A stretch of 64,000 nucleotides of DNA from Alphaproteobacteria bacterium. Lineage in GTDB: Bacteria; Pseudomonadota; Alphaproteobacteria; UBA9655. The DNA lies in NCBI GenBank assembly GCA_947457015.1, contig CANGTV010000003.1:1958-65957 (forward strand). Reading direction: 5' to 3'. The translations under genes were made by a program, and so were the position numbers. Below the pieces are notes generated by a model. It made no database searches and was not told the DNA's origin. It saw only the letters and a program-made list of their open reading frames with translations. Positions 35,978-45,524 of this stretch are shown piece by piece (position 1 is the first letter of the stretch; every line of letters starts with the position of its first letter).

Positions 35978-38566
35978 ATGCAACCTGCCCCTTTAGCTCC
36001 TCCTCAAACGCCCATGATGGTGCAATACCTAGAGATTAAGGCTCAATATCCGGCGTGTCTTTTGTTTTATCGGTTAGGGGATTTTTATGAGCTTTTTTTT
36101 GAAGATGCGCTTCTTGCCTCCAAAGCCCTTGATATTGCCTTAACCCGTCGGGGAAAAGCTAATGGGGGTGAAGACATCCCTATGTGCGGCGTTCCAGCAC
36201 ACGCCAGCGAGCATTATCTTGCGCGCTTGATCCGTCAAGGGTATCGCGTGGCCATCTGTGAGCAAACAGAAGACGCATCTGCCCGGAAAACAAAAGGGCC
36301 CTTGACGCGAGATGTTGTCCGCGTGATTACCCCTGGCACCCTCACAGAAGAAAGCCTGCTGGAGGCCACACAAAATAACTTTCTGACGGCCCTTGTGCCA
36401 AGCAAAACAGGCAGTATTGGCCTTGCCTCCATTGATATTTCAACGGGAGATTTTTTTGTAGAGTCCTCTCCCCTCTCCCATCTTGAAACGGTTCTTGCTC
36501 GCTTGAAACCAGGAGAATTGTTGCTTCCGGACCCCTTTCTTAAAACACCCGAGCTCTATGAGCTTTTTCAAGAGTTAAAAAAACGCCTTACCCCTCTCCC
36601 CAGCAGCCGTTTTGATGAGCAAAATGGGTTGGAACGCCTTAAAGAACTTTATGGCGTTGAAAGCTTAGAGGCCTTTGGGGATTTCAAATCTCAGGAGATT
36701 GCCGCCTGTGGCGCACTTGTGGACTATGTGCGCCTCACCCAAAAGAAGGACATCCCTTCCTTAAAGCCCCCCAAACGTCTGAAGGAAGGGGGGCGGCTGG
36801 AGCTTGATGCGGCAACGCGGCGCAATTTAGAACTCCATCTATCCCTTTCTGGAGAAAAAAGGGGAAGCCTTTTAGAGGTGATTGATTGCACCACGACTTC
36901 CATGGGAGCACGGCTTCTCTCCCATCATCTGAGTGCTCCGTTAACAAATTTGGTTGCCCTTCAAAAGCGCCTTGAGTGCGTAGACTTTTTTTATGAAAAT
37001 CAGCCGCTGTCTCAGGGTTTACGGGCTGTCTTAGCGTGTTGCCCCGATCTGGAGCGCCCCTTGTCTCGCCTGATCTGGGGGCGCGGCGGCCCCCGGGATT
37101 TAGCGGCGCTGAATCGAGGGCTTACCCTTTTGCCAGATGTTCAAAAAATCTTTGGAGGACACGTCCTTCCCGAACCATTGGCGATGACCCTCAAGCATCT
37201 GGGCTATTATGAGGAAATGACCAATCGGTTAACACGAGCCCTTAAAGACGAGCTTCCTCATTTGGTGCGGGATGGGGGATTTATTCGCCAGGGCTACCAT
37301 CCACCCCTGGATGAGCTGTTGGCTCTCAAAGAGGATAGCAAAGGAGCTCTGGAAGCGTTGCAGCAAAAATATGCCCAAGAAACGGGCGTTTCTACCCTCA
37401 AGATTAAACACAACAATATCGTGGGCTATCACATTGAAGTGACGAGCCAGCACAAAGACAAACTGGGCCCTGCCTTTATTCACCGCCAAACCATGGCGAA
37501 TGCCATGCGTTTTACAACCCATGAGTTGGCCGAGCTTGAAAAGAAAATCATGGGGGCCCTTGATCAGGCCTTAGCCATGGAGATCTACCTCTTTCAAGAT
37601 CTGGTGAAGGACGTGGTGGGACGGGCGGATGCTATCATTGAAACAGCGCACGCCCTGGCAGCCCTTGACGTGGCCGCAAGCCATGCTCATTTAGCGCGTG
37701 AGAAAAACTACACCAAACCTCTTTTGGATGAGACGTTTGCCTTTGAAGTTGAGGGAGGGCGCCATCCCGTTGTGGAAGCCCTTCTTCCCCAAGGAACTCC
37801 TTTTATCCCGAATGCCTGTCATCTGAAGGGATTGTGGCTTCTCACAGGGCCCAATATGGCTGGGAAAAGCACGTTTTTACGGCAAAATGCGCTTATTGCG
37901 CTGATGGCTCACATGGGCATGTATGTGCCTGCTCAAAAGGCTCACATAGGACTGATGGACCGCATTTTTAGTCGTGTGGGCGCCTCTGATGATTTGGCAC
38001 GGGGACGTTCAACCTTTATGGTTGAAATGACAGAAACAGCCACCATTCTTAATCAAGCCACGCCACGGAGTTTTGTTATTTTAGACGAGATCGGCCGCGG
38101 GACAGCCACCTTTGATGGCTTGTCCTTAGCATGGGCCTGCGTGGAACATTTGGTGCACGTGAACCGAGCCCGCTCTCTTTTTGCAACCCATTATCATGAG
38201 CTTACATCTCTTGAAAAATCGCTGCCAGAGGTCAGCTGCTACACGGTTAAAATTCGCGAGTGGGAAGATCAGATTATTTTTCTGCACGAAATTACTAAAG
38301 GGACAGCGGATAAATCCTATGGAATTCATGTGGCAAAACTGGCGGGCCTTCCCCCTTCTGTTGTAAAACGCGCAGAAGACGTTCTGAAAACGCTTGAAGA
38401 CACAAAGCCCAAGCCAAAACTTGCGTCTCAACCCCTTCCTCTTTTTGTGGAGGCCTATAAGGTGCCAAGCCCCCTTGAAAAAGCCATGAAAACCATCAGC
38501 CCTGATGAACTGTCCCCTAAAGAAGCTTTAGAAAAGCTATATGCCCTAAAAAATCTGCTGAATTAA
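35978..38566 (+). CDS. mutS: DNA mismatch repair protein MutS
   Basis: 862 aa. N-terminal [11 protein letters not shown]...[15 protein letters not shown], Walker [17 protein letters not shown] and helix-turn-helix C-terminus. Confidence 0.97.
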   Translation: MQPAPLAPPQTPMMVQYLEIKAQYPACLLFYRLGDFYELFFEDALLASKALDIALTRRGKANGGEDIPMCGVPAHASEHYLARLIRQGYRVAICEQTEDASARKTKGPLTRDVVRVITPGTLTEESLLEATQNNFLTALVPSKTGSIGLASIDISTGDFFVESSPLSHLETVLARLKPGELLLPDPFLKTPELYELFQELKKRLTPLPSSRFDEQNGLERLKELYGVESLEAFGDFKSQEIAACGALVDYVRLTQKKDIPSLKPPKRLKEGGRLELDAATRRNLELHLSLSGEKRGSLLEVIDCTTTSMGARLLSHHLSAPLTNLVALQKRLECVDFFYENQPLSQGLRAVLACCPDLERPLSRLIWGRGGPRDLAALNRGLTLLPDVQKIFGGHVLPEPLAMTLKHLGYYEEMTNRLTRALKDELPHLVRDGGFIRQGYHPPLDELLALKEDSKGALEALQQKYAQETGVSTLKIKHNNIVGYHIEVTSQHKDKLGPAFIHRQTMANAMRFTTHELAELEKKIMGALDQALAMEIYLFQDLVKDVVGRADAIIETAHALAALDVAASHAHLAREKNYTKPLLDETFAFEVEGGRHPVVEALLPQGTPFIPNACHLKGLWLLTGPNMAGKSTFLRQNALIALMAHMGMYVPAQKAHIGLMDRIFSRVGASDDLARGRSTFMVEMTETATILNQATPRSFVILDEIGRGTATFDGLSLAWACVEHLVHVNRARSLFATHYHELTSLEKSLPEVSCYTVKIREWEDQIIFLHEITKGTADKSYGIHVAKLAGLPPSVVKRAEDVLKTLEDTKPKPKLASQPLPLFVEAYKVPSPLEKAMKTISPDELSPKEALEKLYALKNLLN

Positions 38567-39127
38567 GTTTGGGCTTTTAATCATAAAAAGATCAGGAGAT
38601 AAATTAACATTTGTCTCTATTTGTGAAAGAACGACGCGCGTTTTAACGCCTTGGCTATCCACAACACTCCACTCTTTCAACGCAACGGGGTTGTTGGAAA
38701 AAACAAGAGAGATATATCCCGCATCCGGTTCTTCTTTGCGAATAAGAGAAATTTCTGTGGCATTCCCTTTGGGAATAATGCTGGTGATGGCCACATCTCC
38801 ACTAAATTGGATATAAGGACGGAGAATGAAAGCAGCTGGGGTGTTGTCTAAGGACACATAGCTTACCTCATCCGCTTCCTTATCATAGGTCACAAGCCAT
38901 TTCCCGTCCGCCACAATCAAAAGAGACGAAGGGGGATTATAATCAAGGCGCATTTTTCCAGGACGAGAGATTTGAATGGTTCCTGTGACCCGCTGGCCCT
39001 TGCTGTTCGTTTGGGTAAAGTCTCCTGAGAGCGTTTTAAGCTCGTTGAGGTAATTTTCAAATTTCTGCATCTCAGGGATGGCCCACGCACCTTTAGATAC
39101 CCCTAAAATAACCAACAACAGTGTCAT
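38546..39127 (-). CDS. lolA: Outer-membrane lipoprotein carrier protein LolA
   Basis: Signal peptide [16 protein letters not shown] and LolA motifs (LSGDFTQT...RPGKMRLDY). An alternative upstream ATG at 39202 makes an ATGA overlap with the ftsK stop, but then the reading passes through a palindromic element. Confidence 0.85.
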   Translation of the reverse strand: MTLLLVILGVSKGAWAIPEMQKFENYLNELKTLSGDFTQTNSKGQRVTGTIQISRPGKMRLDYNPPSSLLIVADGKWLVTYDKEADEVSYVSLDNTPAAFILRPYIQFSGDVAITSIIPKGNATEISLIRKEEPDAGYISLVFSNNPVALKEWSVVDSQGVKTRVVLSQIETNVNLSPDLFMIKSPNLIQQIF

Positions 39128-39185
39128 CCCGAATTTACTTCGGGATCTTATGCCATTCAGATCCTGAAACAAGTTCAGGATGACA
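39122..39185. repeat. Palindromic element (TGTCATCCCGAA...TTCAGGATGACA type), 64 bp
   Basis: Its 12-bp termini are shared with the element at 45464-45516, and it has internal hairpins CCCGAA/TTCGGG and ATCCTGAA/TTCAGGAT. It lies between the ftsK stop and the LolA signal peptide, and its terminus contains the ATG used for LolA M26. Confidence 0.8.
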
Positions 39186-39198
39186 ATTTCTATATACC

Positions 39199-41403
39199 TC
39201 ATGCTACCTCCTGAGATCCTCTACTAAAAATTTCTCGCTTTCCCACATGATTAGGGGCACTCACAATACCATCTTCTTCCATTTTTTCAACTAAACGCGC
39301 CGCACGATTATACCCTATTTTTAGGTAACGTTGCACAAAACTTGTGGACGCTTTTCCTTCTCGATACACAAGGGCAAGGGCTTGTTGATAAAGCGCGTCT
39401 TCTTCCTCTCCCTCCTCGCTTTCAAATGCAAACTCTGGCGAAGATGTATCGATGGTAATATCCTCTATATAGGACGGGTTGCTTTGAGATTTCAAGAATT
39501 GCACAACTTTTTCTACGTCTCCATCCCCTACGTAAGGACCATGGACACGGGAAATACGTCCTCCTGTTGCCATATAAAGCATATCCCCTTGACCAAGCAG
39601 CTGTTCTGCCCCTTGTTCCCCTAGAATAGTCCGGCTGTCAATTTTTGAGGTAACTTGAAAGCTAATACGGGTGGGGAAGTTGGCCTTAATCGTTCCTGTA
39701 ATCACATCAACGGAAGGTCTTTGGGTGGCCATAATCAAGTGAATTCCTGCAGCCCGGGCCATTTGAGCCAAGCGCTGAACCGCTGATTCAATTTCTTTGC
39801 CCGCAACCAGCATTAAATCAGCCATTTCGTCCACAACCACGACAATAAAAGGAAGCGGCTCCATCGGCAGCGGTTGCTCTTCAAAAATAGGCTTTCCTGT
39901 TTCAGGGTCAAAGCCTGTTTGGACGCGACGAGAAATGATCTCTCCATTGGCTTTCGCCTCAAGAATTCGCTGATTGTATCCTTCAATATTTCGAACAGAA
40001 AGCTTAGACATGGCTTGGTATCGGCTTTCCATCTCTCTGACAACCCAGCGAAGAGCGACAACGGCTTTTTTAGGATCCGTTACTACAGGAGCTAAAAGAT
40101 GAGGGATGCCATCATAAACGGAAAGCTCCAGCATTTTAGGATCAATCATGATAAACTTACACCGTTCAGGGGGAAGGTGGTAAATCAGGGATAAAATCAT
40201 GGCATTGACGGCCACGGATTTTCCCGATCCCGTTGTTCCTGCAACCAAGAGATGGGGCATGCGCGTTAAATCCGCCATAATGGGAGCTCCGCTGATATCT
40301 TTCCCCAGGACCAGAGTCAGGTGAGACTTAGACTTTTCATATTCCTCCGTGGACAGAAGATCTCTTAAATGAACAGTTTCTCTGTGCTTATTGGGAAGCT
40401 CAATGCCAATGACATTTTTGCCAGGAACAACCGCCACACGCGCTGAAACAGCACTCATGGAGCGCGCAATGTCATCGGCAAGGGCAATCACCCGCGAAGA
40501 TTTGAGTCCAGGCGCAGGCTCCAGCTCATAGAGGGTCACAACAGGGCCGGGCTTAACGTTAACGATTTCTCCTCGAATGCCATAATCATTAAGCACAGCT
40601 TCCAATGCTTCAGCATTTTCGTGAAGACCGTCCTCATCAATCGCAATCTTTTGATTGAATTCTTTCGAGAGAAATAAAAGATCAAGGGGCGGTAAGAGGT
40701 GCTGGGCCCCTTCATACACGGCTTTTGGTTGAGGCGCTGTCTTTGGCGCTTGTTTTTGAGGTTGAGGCTTAACGTACTCCATGAGTCGAAGAGACTTATT
40801 TTGCGGGACTTCTTTTCCTTTTTCCTCAAAAAGAGGGGGAGAAATGGGGCGCTGCGATTTTGAAGGAGCCTCTTGCTTTTTTAAAAACAGAGACCACACC
40901 CAAACCACATGAGAAAATTTAAGACCAGTCGCGCACACCAAAAGAGGAAGACTCACGGCTAAACAGAAAAGAGTAAGGGTTAAAGGAGAGACGGGTATAC
41001 GCGCGAGATTCTGAAAAAGCAAATACCCCAAAGCCCCTCCCTTTCCCCAAAAGGAAAGCCCTACAATGAGAAACAGAAAGCCCAGGATAAACAACAAGTT
41101 TCGAAAAAAAAGAGATCGTCCTTTTGGATGGGTAAACATAAAAAAGCCTATAGCGCATGAAAAAAAAGCCATCGCATAGCTACTATAGCCAAAAAATTGA
41201 AGGAAAAGATCACTTAAAATAGCCCCAAAGCTTCCTAAAATATTTTGTACCTCACTATCGACAGCAAGGTTCCAGGAAGGATCGGAGGGTGTATGGGTCA
41301 GAAGAGAACTTATCAGGGCACAACAGAAAGCAAACAAACCCAGGCCAAAAAGCTCGTAAACCCGGCTTCTGACAAAAGAAGGTATTGAATGCTTCATTCT
41401 CAC
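39199..41403 (-). CDS. ftsK: DNA translocase FtsK
   Basis: 734 aa with N-terminal TM domain and Pro/Gln linker. Motor domain has Walker A GTTGSGKS, and a gamma domain sits at the C-terminus ([22 protein letters not shown]). Confidence 0.96.
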   Translation of the reverse strand: MRMKHSIPSFVRSRVYELFGLGLFAFCCALISSLLTHTPSDPSWNLAVDSEVQNILGSFGAILSDLFLQFFGYSSYAMAFFSCAIGFFMFTHPKGRSLFFRNLLFILGFLFLIVGLSFWGKGGALGYLLFQNLARIPVSPLTLTLFCLAVSLPLLVCATGLKFSHVVWVWSLFLKKQEAPSKSQRPISPPLFEEKGKEVPQNKSLRLMEYVKPQPQKQAPKTAPQPKAVYEGAQHLLPPLDLLFLSKEFNQKIAIDEDGLHENAEALEAVLNDYGIRGEIVNVKPGPVVTLYELEPAPGLKSSRVIALADDIARSMSAVSARVAVVPGKNVIGIELPNKHRETVHLRDLLSTEEYEKSKSHLTLVLGKDISGAPIMADLTRMPHLLVAGTTGSGKSVAVNAMILSLIYHLPPERCKFIMIDPKMLELSVYDGIPHLLAPVVTDPKKAVVALRWVVREMESRYQAMSKLSVRNIEGYNQRILEAKANGEIISRRVQTGFDPETGKPIFEEQPLPMEPLPFIVVVVDEMADLMLVAGKEIESAVQRLAQMARAAGIHLIMATQRPSVDVITGTIKANFPTRISFQVTSKIDSRTILGEQGAEQLLGQGDMLYMATGGRISRVHGPYVGDGDVEKVVQFLKSQSNPSYIEDITIDTSSPEFAFESEEGEEEDALYQQALALVYREGKASTSFVQRYLKIGYNRAARLVEKMEEDGIVSAPNHVGKREIFSRGSQEVA

Positions 41404-41474
41404 GACGTCTTAACTCCTCTTATCATTCTTGCATAGGACATAGGGAGTAGCACGGCTTTTTTTCATAGGTCAAG

Positions 41475-41505
41475 AAAAAGGGAAATGCTAGGCATTTCCC
41501 TTTTT
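41475..41505 (-). terminator. Rho-independent terminator after small secreted-peptide gene A
   Basis: AAAAAGGGAAATGC-TAG-GCATTTCCCTTTTT: a 9-bp GC-containing stem flanked by A/T runs, so it could work in both directions. Confidence 0.8.
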
Positions 41506-41537
41506 CAGAACGGTTCAACAAAACTGTTGAGTCGTTT

Positions 41538-41696
41538 TTAGTTCTTTTTAACTTCGTCAGCTGGCTTGTTGTCAACGTCAGCTGGTACTTCTTCAGCAGC
41601 AGCTGGTACAACTTTAGCGTCAACTGGCTTATCAGCAGCAACAGCAGCAACAGAAAGTACGCTCAAAAGAGCTAATGTAAGAGCAATAGACTTCAT
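41538..41696 (-). CDS. Small secreted peptide A (52 aa; signal peptide plus acidic Pro/Ala/Val-rich tail)
   Basis: Not in the supplied ORF track because it is under 60 aa. I translated it as MKSIALTLALLSVLSVAAVAADKPVDAKVVPAAAEEVPADVDNKPADEVKKN. GGAG lies 9 nt upstream. The signal peptide, leader and promoter are homologous to the neighbouring gene B. Confidence 0.7.
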   Translation of the reverse strand: MKSIALTLALLSVLSVAAVAADKPVDAKVVPAAAEEVPADVDNKPADEVKKN

Positions 41697-41741
41697 TTTA
41701 ATTTTCTCCATTAAATAAACACCTCAAAGTGAGGCATCGCG

Positions 41742-41770
41742 ACTATGCAAAAAAAAAATATCTTTTGCAA
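41742..41770 (-). promoter_or_regulatory. Sigma70-like promoter of peptide gene A (TTGCAA-N17-CATAGT)
   Basis: On the minus strand, -35 TTGCAA is at 41765-41770 and -10 CATAGT at 41742-41747, with a 17-bp spacer. The same architecture sits upstream of gene B. Confidence 0.55.
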
Positions 41771-41845
41771 GAGAAATTTTTAAGAAATATTAACTTTATT
41801 GAAAAAGAGGACGAAGTGGTTTGTTATGCTTGATGTTTAGCAATA

Positions 41846-41878
41846 AAAAAGGGGATGTTTAACATCCCCTCTTTTTTC
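41846..41878 (-). terminator. Rho-independent terminator after small secreted-peptide gene B
   Basis: AAAAAAGGGGATGTT-T-AACATCCCCTCTTTTTT. On the minus strand the stem is followed by TTTTTTATT. Confidence 0.8.
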
Positions 41879-41898
41879 AAAACAAAAGAGAAAAAGGT

Positions 41899-42078
41899 TT
41901 ATTTCGCGTGACCTTCTGTTTTAGAGTCTTTAATTGGCATCACAGGAGCTTCGCTTCCATCGCCTTTAATATCAATTTCCACATTTGGTGAGTCAGTTTC
42001 AACTGTAATTTTTTCTTCAGCTTGAGCAACATTCATTGCGCCCAAAAGAAGAGAGAGGGTAAGAGCAATAGCTTTCAT
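41899..42078 (-). CDS. Small secreted peptide B (59 aa from MKAIALTL; signal peptide plus acidic tail)
   Basis: Signal peptide MKAIALTLSLLLGAMNVAQA is paralogous to that of gene A. The upstream ATG at 42090 (MEKKM) is an alternative start. Confidence 0.7.
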   Translation of the reverse strand: MKAIALTLSLLLGAMNVAQAEEKITVETDSPNVEIDIKGDGSEAPVMPIKDSKTEGHAK

Positions 42079-42124
42079 TTTTTTCTCCATAAATTAAATT
42101 AACACCTCCTAAGGAGGCGACGAA

Positions 42125-42153
42125 ACTATGAGAGGGAAAATAACGCTTGGCAA
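42125..42153 (-). promoter_or_regulatory. Sigma70-like promoter of peptide gene B (TTGCCA-N17-CATAGT)
   Basis: On the minus strand, -35 TTGCCA is at 42148-42153 and -10 CATAGT at 42125-42130, with a 17-bp spacer. A leader hairpin GCCTCCTTAGGAGG follows. Confidence 0.55.
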
Positions 42154-42260
42154 GAAAAATTTGAATTTATTTAAAATTATTTATAAAAGCGTGTTTTTCC
42201 CACCGCACCTGCATATACTGCTCGTGGATGAAAGTGCGTATTTTTAATTAACCCCACATA

Positions 42261-42288
42261 TGTCGTCCCCGCGAAGGCGGGGATGACA
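42261..42288. repeat. Short palindromic element of the TGTCRTCC...GGATGACA family
   Basis: TGTCGTCCCCGC-GAAG-GCGGGGATGACA, with one mismatch in a 12-bp stem. It is intergenic, 30 nt downstream of the ABC1 kinase stop. Confidence 0.7.
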
Positions 42289-42317
42289 AGAAGGGAACAG
42301 CAACAACGCTCATATTT

Positions 42318-43655
42318 TTAACTTGAATAAGCATAGTCTATCCTCTTAAAAAGAGCCTCTTGATTTGTCTTGAGAGTAGATTCTGAAAAATCTTTAATCA
42401 ACTCCTCAAAAAGCTGATGCCAATTGAGGTGAGCCCTCAGGCGCATGAACACAGAACCCAATCCAACGGCCGCACGATCCATAAACACAAATTCGCGGGG
42501 AGGCCTAACGCCTCCTTTTCGCTTGAGGGCGGCTAGAATCTCTCCGGCCACTTGCCGCCCCTTGACCCCCGAATAGGTTTCTTCAATGGGACGTATCCGA
42601 TCCTCCAAGAAGGGCTCATACAGAAACCGCGCCCAGAGATTGAGAATCTCTATCAATTCCTTATCAAGGTTTGTAAACCCCCAAGAGCCATAGGCGTGAA
42701 CAGCCAACTCTTCGTTTCCTGTCTGAAGGGCGCGATAAAGATTCAAGACGCCTTGAATAAGAGGGGCCTTGAAAACACGAATGCATCCAAAATCCAGAAG
42801 GTTCAGTTTTCCCTCAGAACTCCAGGAATAATTCCCCAAATGGGGATCCCCATGGAGAACGCCATATTGATAAAGGGGAGAATACCAGACCTTGAAAAGG
42901 CATGTAGACACGTCATTCCGTAGGTCTTGAGAAGCGTCCGTCAGGGTAAGAAGCTTTTGCCCTTCAAGCCATGTCATGCTGAGAAGGCGAGGTGTGGTCA
43001 GCTCGTCAATGATGCGGGGCACGTCCGCAAAGGGAAAGGGGGCGAGCATTTCCCCAAAAAGATTTGTGTTTTTAGCCTCCTGTAAATAATCCAGCTCTTC
43101 CCATAATCGCTCTGCAATTTCTACTTGAAGGTTTTCCGTGTCCAGCGCCCCACTGTAAAGTTCAAAGGATTTTAAGACAAGCTTAAGCTGCCCCAAATCC
43201 GCGTCAACAGCGGATCCCATTTCAGGATATTGAAGCTTGCATGCCAAAAGTCGCCCTTTTAGATCAATAGCTTTATGGACTTGCCCTAAGGAGGCGGCTG
43301 CGGAGGCCTGCTGATCAAACTCTTTAAAATGACTTTGCCATCCAGGACCTAGCTCTGCTTGCATACGCCTTTTCACAAAAGGCCACCCCATGGGGGGAGC
43401 ATTAGATTGAAGCTCAAGAAAGGCAGTAGCATATTCGGGGGGCAACATATCAGGGACAGTCGCCAAAATTTGAGCGATCTTCATGAGGGGGCCCTTCAGA
43501 CCCCCGAGGGTGTCCTTAAGATCCTCTGCATGCTGAGGGGCATCTATGGAAAAACCCAGATACCGATCCCCCAAAAGACGGGCCATCAACCCCCCCACAG
43601 CTGTTGTGACATTTGTGTAGCGCTTTAAACGCCCAGCCAGGGAGTTCTCTGTCAT
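42318..43655 (-). CDS. ABC1/UbiB-type atypical kinase family protein
   Basis: 445 aa with ABC1 motifs (LKGPLMKIAQILATVPDMLPPEY, AAASLGQVHKA, HGDPHLGNY). Confidence 0.85.
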   Translation of the reverse strand: MTENSLAGRLKRYTNVTTAVGGLMARLLGDRYLGFSIDAPQHAEDLKDTLGGLKGPLMKIAQILATVPDMLPPEYATAFLELQSNAPPMGWPFVKRRMQAELGPGWQSHFKEFDQQASAAASLGQVHKAIDLKGRLLACKLQYPEMGSAVDADLGQLKLVLKSFELYSGALDTENLQVEIAERLWEELDYLQEAKNTNLFGEMLAPFPFADVPRIIDELTTPRLLSMTWLEGQKLLTLTDASQDLRNDVSTCLFKVWYSPLYQYGVLHGDPHLGNYSWSSEGKLNLLDFGCIRVFKAPLIQGVLNLYRALQTGNEELAVHAYGSWGFTNLDKELIEILNLWARFLYEPFLEDRIRPIEETYSGVKGRQVAGEILAALKRKGGVRPPREFVFMDRAAVGLGSVFMRLRAHLNWHQLFEELIKDFSESTLKTNQEALFKRIDYAYSS

Positions 43656-43667
43656 GATACCGTCTTT

Positions 43668-45080
43668 CTAAACCTGTGCAATTCGCAAAATATTGGTCGT
43701 TCCCGCCACCTGAAAAGGAACGCCGGCGGTGACAATGATGTGATCGCCTGTTTTTGCAAACTCCGTTTGTTTCGCTAAAACACACGCATCATTAACCACC
43801 TCTGAGAAGCTTGTCACTTCTCGACTTTGAACCGAATGGACTCCCCACACAAGGGCCAGCTTACGGGCTGTTTTTACGGAAGGCGTGATGGCAAGAATGG
43901 GGGCTTCTGGGCGTTCCCGAGCCGCTCGCAAAGTCGTCGTTCCTGTGGTGGTAAAAGTTACAATTGTGGCGGCTTTAAGAGTATGGGCCACTTGACGGGC
44001 GGCGGCTGTAATCGCATCAGAGGTGGTGGCTTCAGGTGTCGGAAGGCTTGCATCTTGCATGGTGCGATAAAAAGGATCCTGCTCCACATGGGTAATAATG
44101 CGATCCATCATGGCCACCGAGTCAACGGGATACTCTCCAGAGGCAGATTCCGCGGATAGCATCACTGCATCCGCTCCGTCATAAACAGCGGTGGCTACAT
44201 CGGAAGCTTCTGCCCGAGTGGGGGTAGGGGACTTAACCATAGAATCCAACATTTGTGTTGCAACGACGACAGGTTTCCCGGCTTTTCGGCAGCACCTCAC
44301 AATGCGTTTTTGAATGCTCGGCACCTCTTCAGGGGGCATTTCCACACCCAAATCCCCACGGGCGACCATAATAGCATCAGAAAGGTGGACAATCTCCTCC
44401 AAATGCTCAATAGCAAGAGGTTTTTCAAGTTTAGAAATAATCCCCGCTTGATCTCCAATGAGCTCCTTGGCTTCCAGCACATCTTTGGGGGATTGCACAA
44501 AGGAGAGAGCCACCCAATCCACTCCTAAGGTAAGACCAAAGGCCAAATCCTCTCGATCCTTAGGTGTCATGGGAGAGATATCCAAGGCGACCGTTGGGAC
44601 ATTAAGTCCTTTTTTATCGGAGAGCGGCCCTGTCGTCATAACGCGTGTTTCAATTCGGTCTGGCGTTATGGTTTGAACACGAAGACGAACTTTTCCATCA
44701 TCTAAAAGTAGCTCTGCTTCTTTTTGAAGAGCTTTAAAAATTTCAGGGTGAGGGAGGAACACACGGGTTCTATCTCCTGGCGTTGAGTCATGATCTAAGG
44801 TAAAAAGCTGGCCTTCCTCTAAGTGAATAGTTTTCTCGCGAAAAGATCCGATGCGCAATTTAGGTCCTTGAAGGTCCAAGATAATGCCAATAGGGCGCTC
44901 TACTTTTTTCTCAAGCTCGCGAATAATGCGATGGCGTTCGCGATGATCCTCATGACTTCCATGGGAAAAATTCAACCGAAACACATCAACCCCTGCCAAA
45001 AAAAGCTTTTCAATCATAGGGGCCGTTGAGCTTGCCGGGCCCAAGGTGGCTATAATTTTTGCCGAACGGTGACGTCGCAT
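43668..45080 (-). CDS. pyk: Pyruvate kinase
   Basis: Start set at MRRHRSAKIIATLGP (ATG 45080). Motifs NFSHG, MVARGDLGVE, VATQMLDSM. The 12-codon upstream extension (MFHVKHFLKEFF) is produced by a parS palindrome. Confidence 0.95.
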   Translation of the reverse strand: MRRHRSAKIIATLGPASSTAPMIEKLFLAGVDVFRLNFSHGSHEDHRERHRIIRELEKKVERPIGIILDLQGPKLRIGSFREKTIHLEEGQLFTLDHDSTPGDRTRVFLPHPEIFKALQKEAELLLDDGKVRLRVQTITPDRIETRVMTTGPLSDKKGLNVPTVALDISPMTPKDREDLAFGLTLGVDWVALSFVQSPKDVLEAKELIGDQAGIISKLEKPLAIEHLEEIVHLSDAIMVARGDLGVEMPPEEVPSIQKRIVRCCRKAGKPVVVATQMLDSMVKSPTPTRAEASDVATAVYDGADAVMLSAESASGEYPVDSVAMMDRIITHVEQDPFYRTMQDASLPTPEATTSDAITAAARQVAHTLKAATIVTFTTTGTTTLRAARERPEAPILAITPSVKTARKLALVWGVHSVQSREVTSFSEVVNDACVLAKQTEFAKTGDHIIVTAGVPFQVAGTTNILRIAQV

Positions 45081-45099
45081 GAAAAACTCCTTTAAAAAA

Positions 45100-45115
45100 T
45101 GTTTCACGTGAAACA
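45100..45115. promoter_or_regulatory. parS site (perfect TGTTTCACGTGAAACA)
   Basis: Exact 16-bp palindrome identical to the canonical ParB-binding parS consensus. It lies in the divergent pyk/gapR spacer, 20 nt upstream of the pyk start. Confidence 0.85.
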
Positions 45116-45167
45116 ATTTGTGGACTATAAGATATCTTAGAATCCATATTTTACCAAGGAGAATCCC

Positions 45168-45437
45168 ATGAGTGATGTTGGCGGCGTTTCATCAAACCAC
45201 CTTAAGTCTTTTGTTGAACGTATTGAGCGTTTAGAAGACGAAAAAGCAGCTGTAGCGGAGCAAATTCGCGATGTTTTTGGAGAAGCGAAGGGCACAGGGT
45301 TTGATGTTAAAACCATTCGCCAGGTGCTTAAAATTCGCAAAATGGAAACCCAAGAGCGCCTTGAACAAGAAGAGCTTCTTGATCTTTATCTTGCCGCCCT
45401 TGGGATGGGAGTTCCTTCTTCAAGAGAAGAGGCGTAG
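45168..45437 (+). CDS. gapR: GapR-like nucleoid-associated protein (DUF2312)
   Basis: 89 aa. LKSFVERIERLEDEKAAVAEQIRDVFGEAKGTGFDVKTIRQVLKIRKM...LLDLYLAALG closely matches the GapR/DUF2312 pattern, which is restricted to alphaproteobacteria and their phages. Confidence 0.9.
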   Translation: MSDVGGVSSNHLKSFVERIERLEDEKAAVAEQIRDVFGEAKGTGFDVKTIRQVLKIRKMETQERLEQEELLDLYLAALGMGVPSSREEA

Positions 45438-45463
45438 AGCTCTTCCCTATCATCTTTCCTTAC

Positions 45464-45516
45464 TGTCATCCCGAACCTTTAGTCCCGGCTTTGAGCCGGG
45501 ATCATTCAGGATGACA
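45464..45516. repeat. Palindromic element (TGTCATCCCGAA...TTCAGGATGACA type), 53 bp
   Basis: Same 12-bp termini as the element at 39122-39185, with an internal CCCGGC-TTTGA-GCCGGG hairpin. It sits between the convergent gapR and LysE genes and may act as a terminator. Confidence 0.8.
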
Positions 45517-45524
45517 GTGGAACT

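Noticed and set aside
41423-41650. 75-aa minus-strand ORF (MLLLLLISQLTLKLYQLLLKKYQ…).
   Set aside because: The translation is low-complexity and crosses a strong terminator hairpin. It overlaps, in another frame, a better-supported 52-aa signal-peptide gene that has a paralog next door.
45081-45116. N-terminal extension MFHVKHFLKEFF on the pyruvate kinase ORF, and similar MFHVK… ORFs at 58657-58878 (-) and 58680 (+).
   Set aside because: The ATGTTTCACGTGAAACA context is the parS palindrome. Pyruvate kinase alignment begins at MRRHRSAKIIATLGP, so the extension is an ORF-calling artefact.
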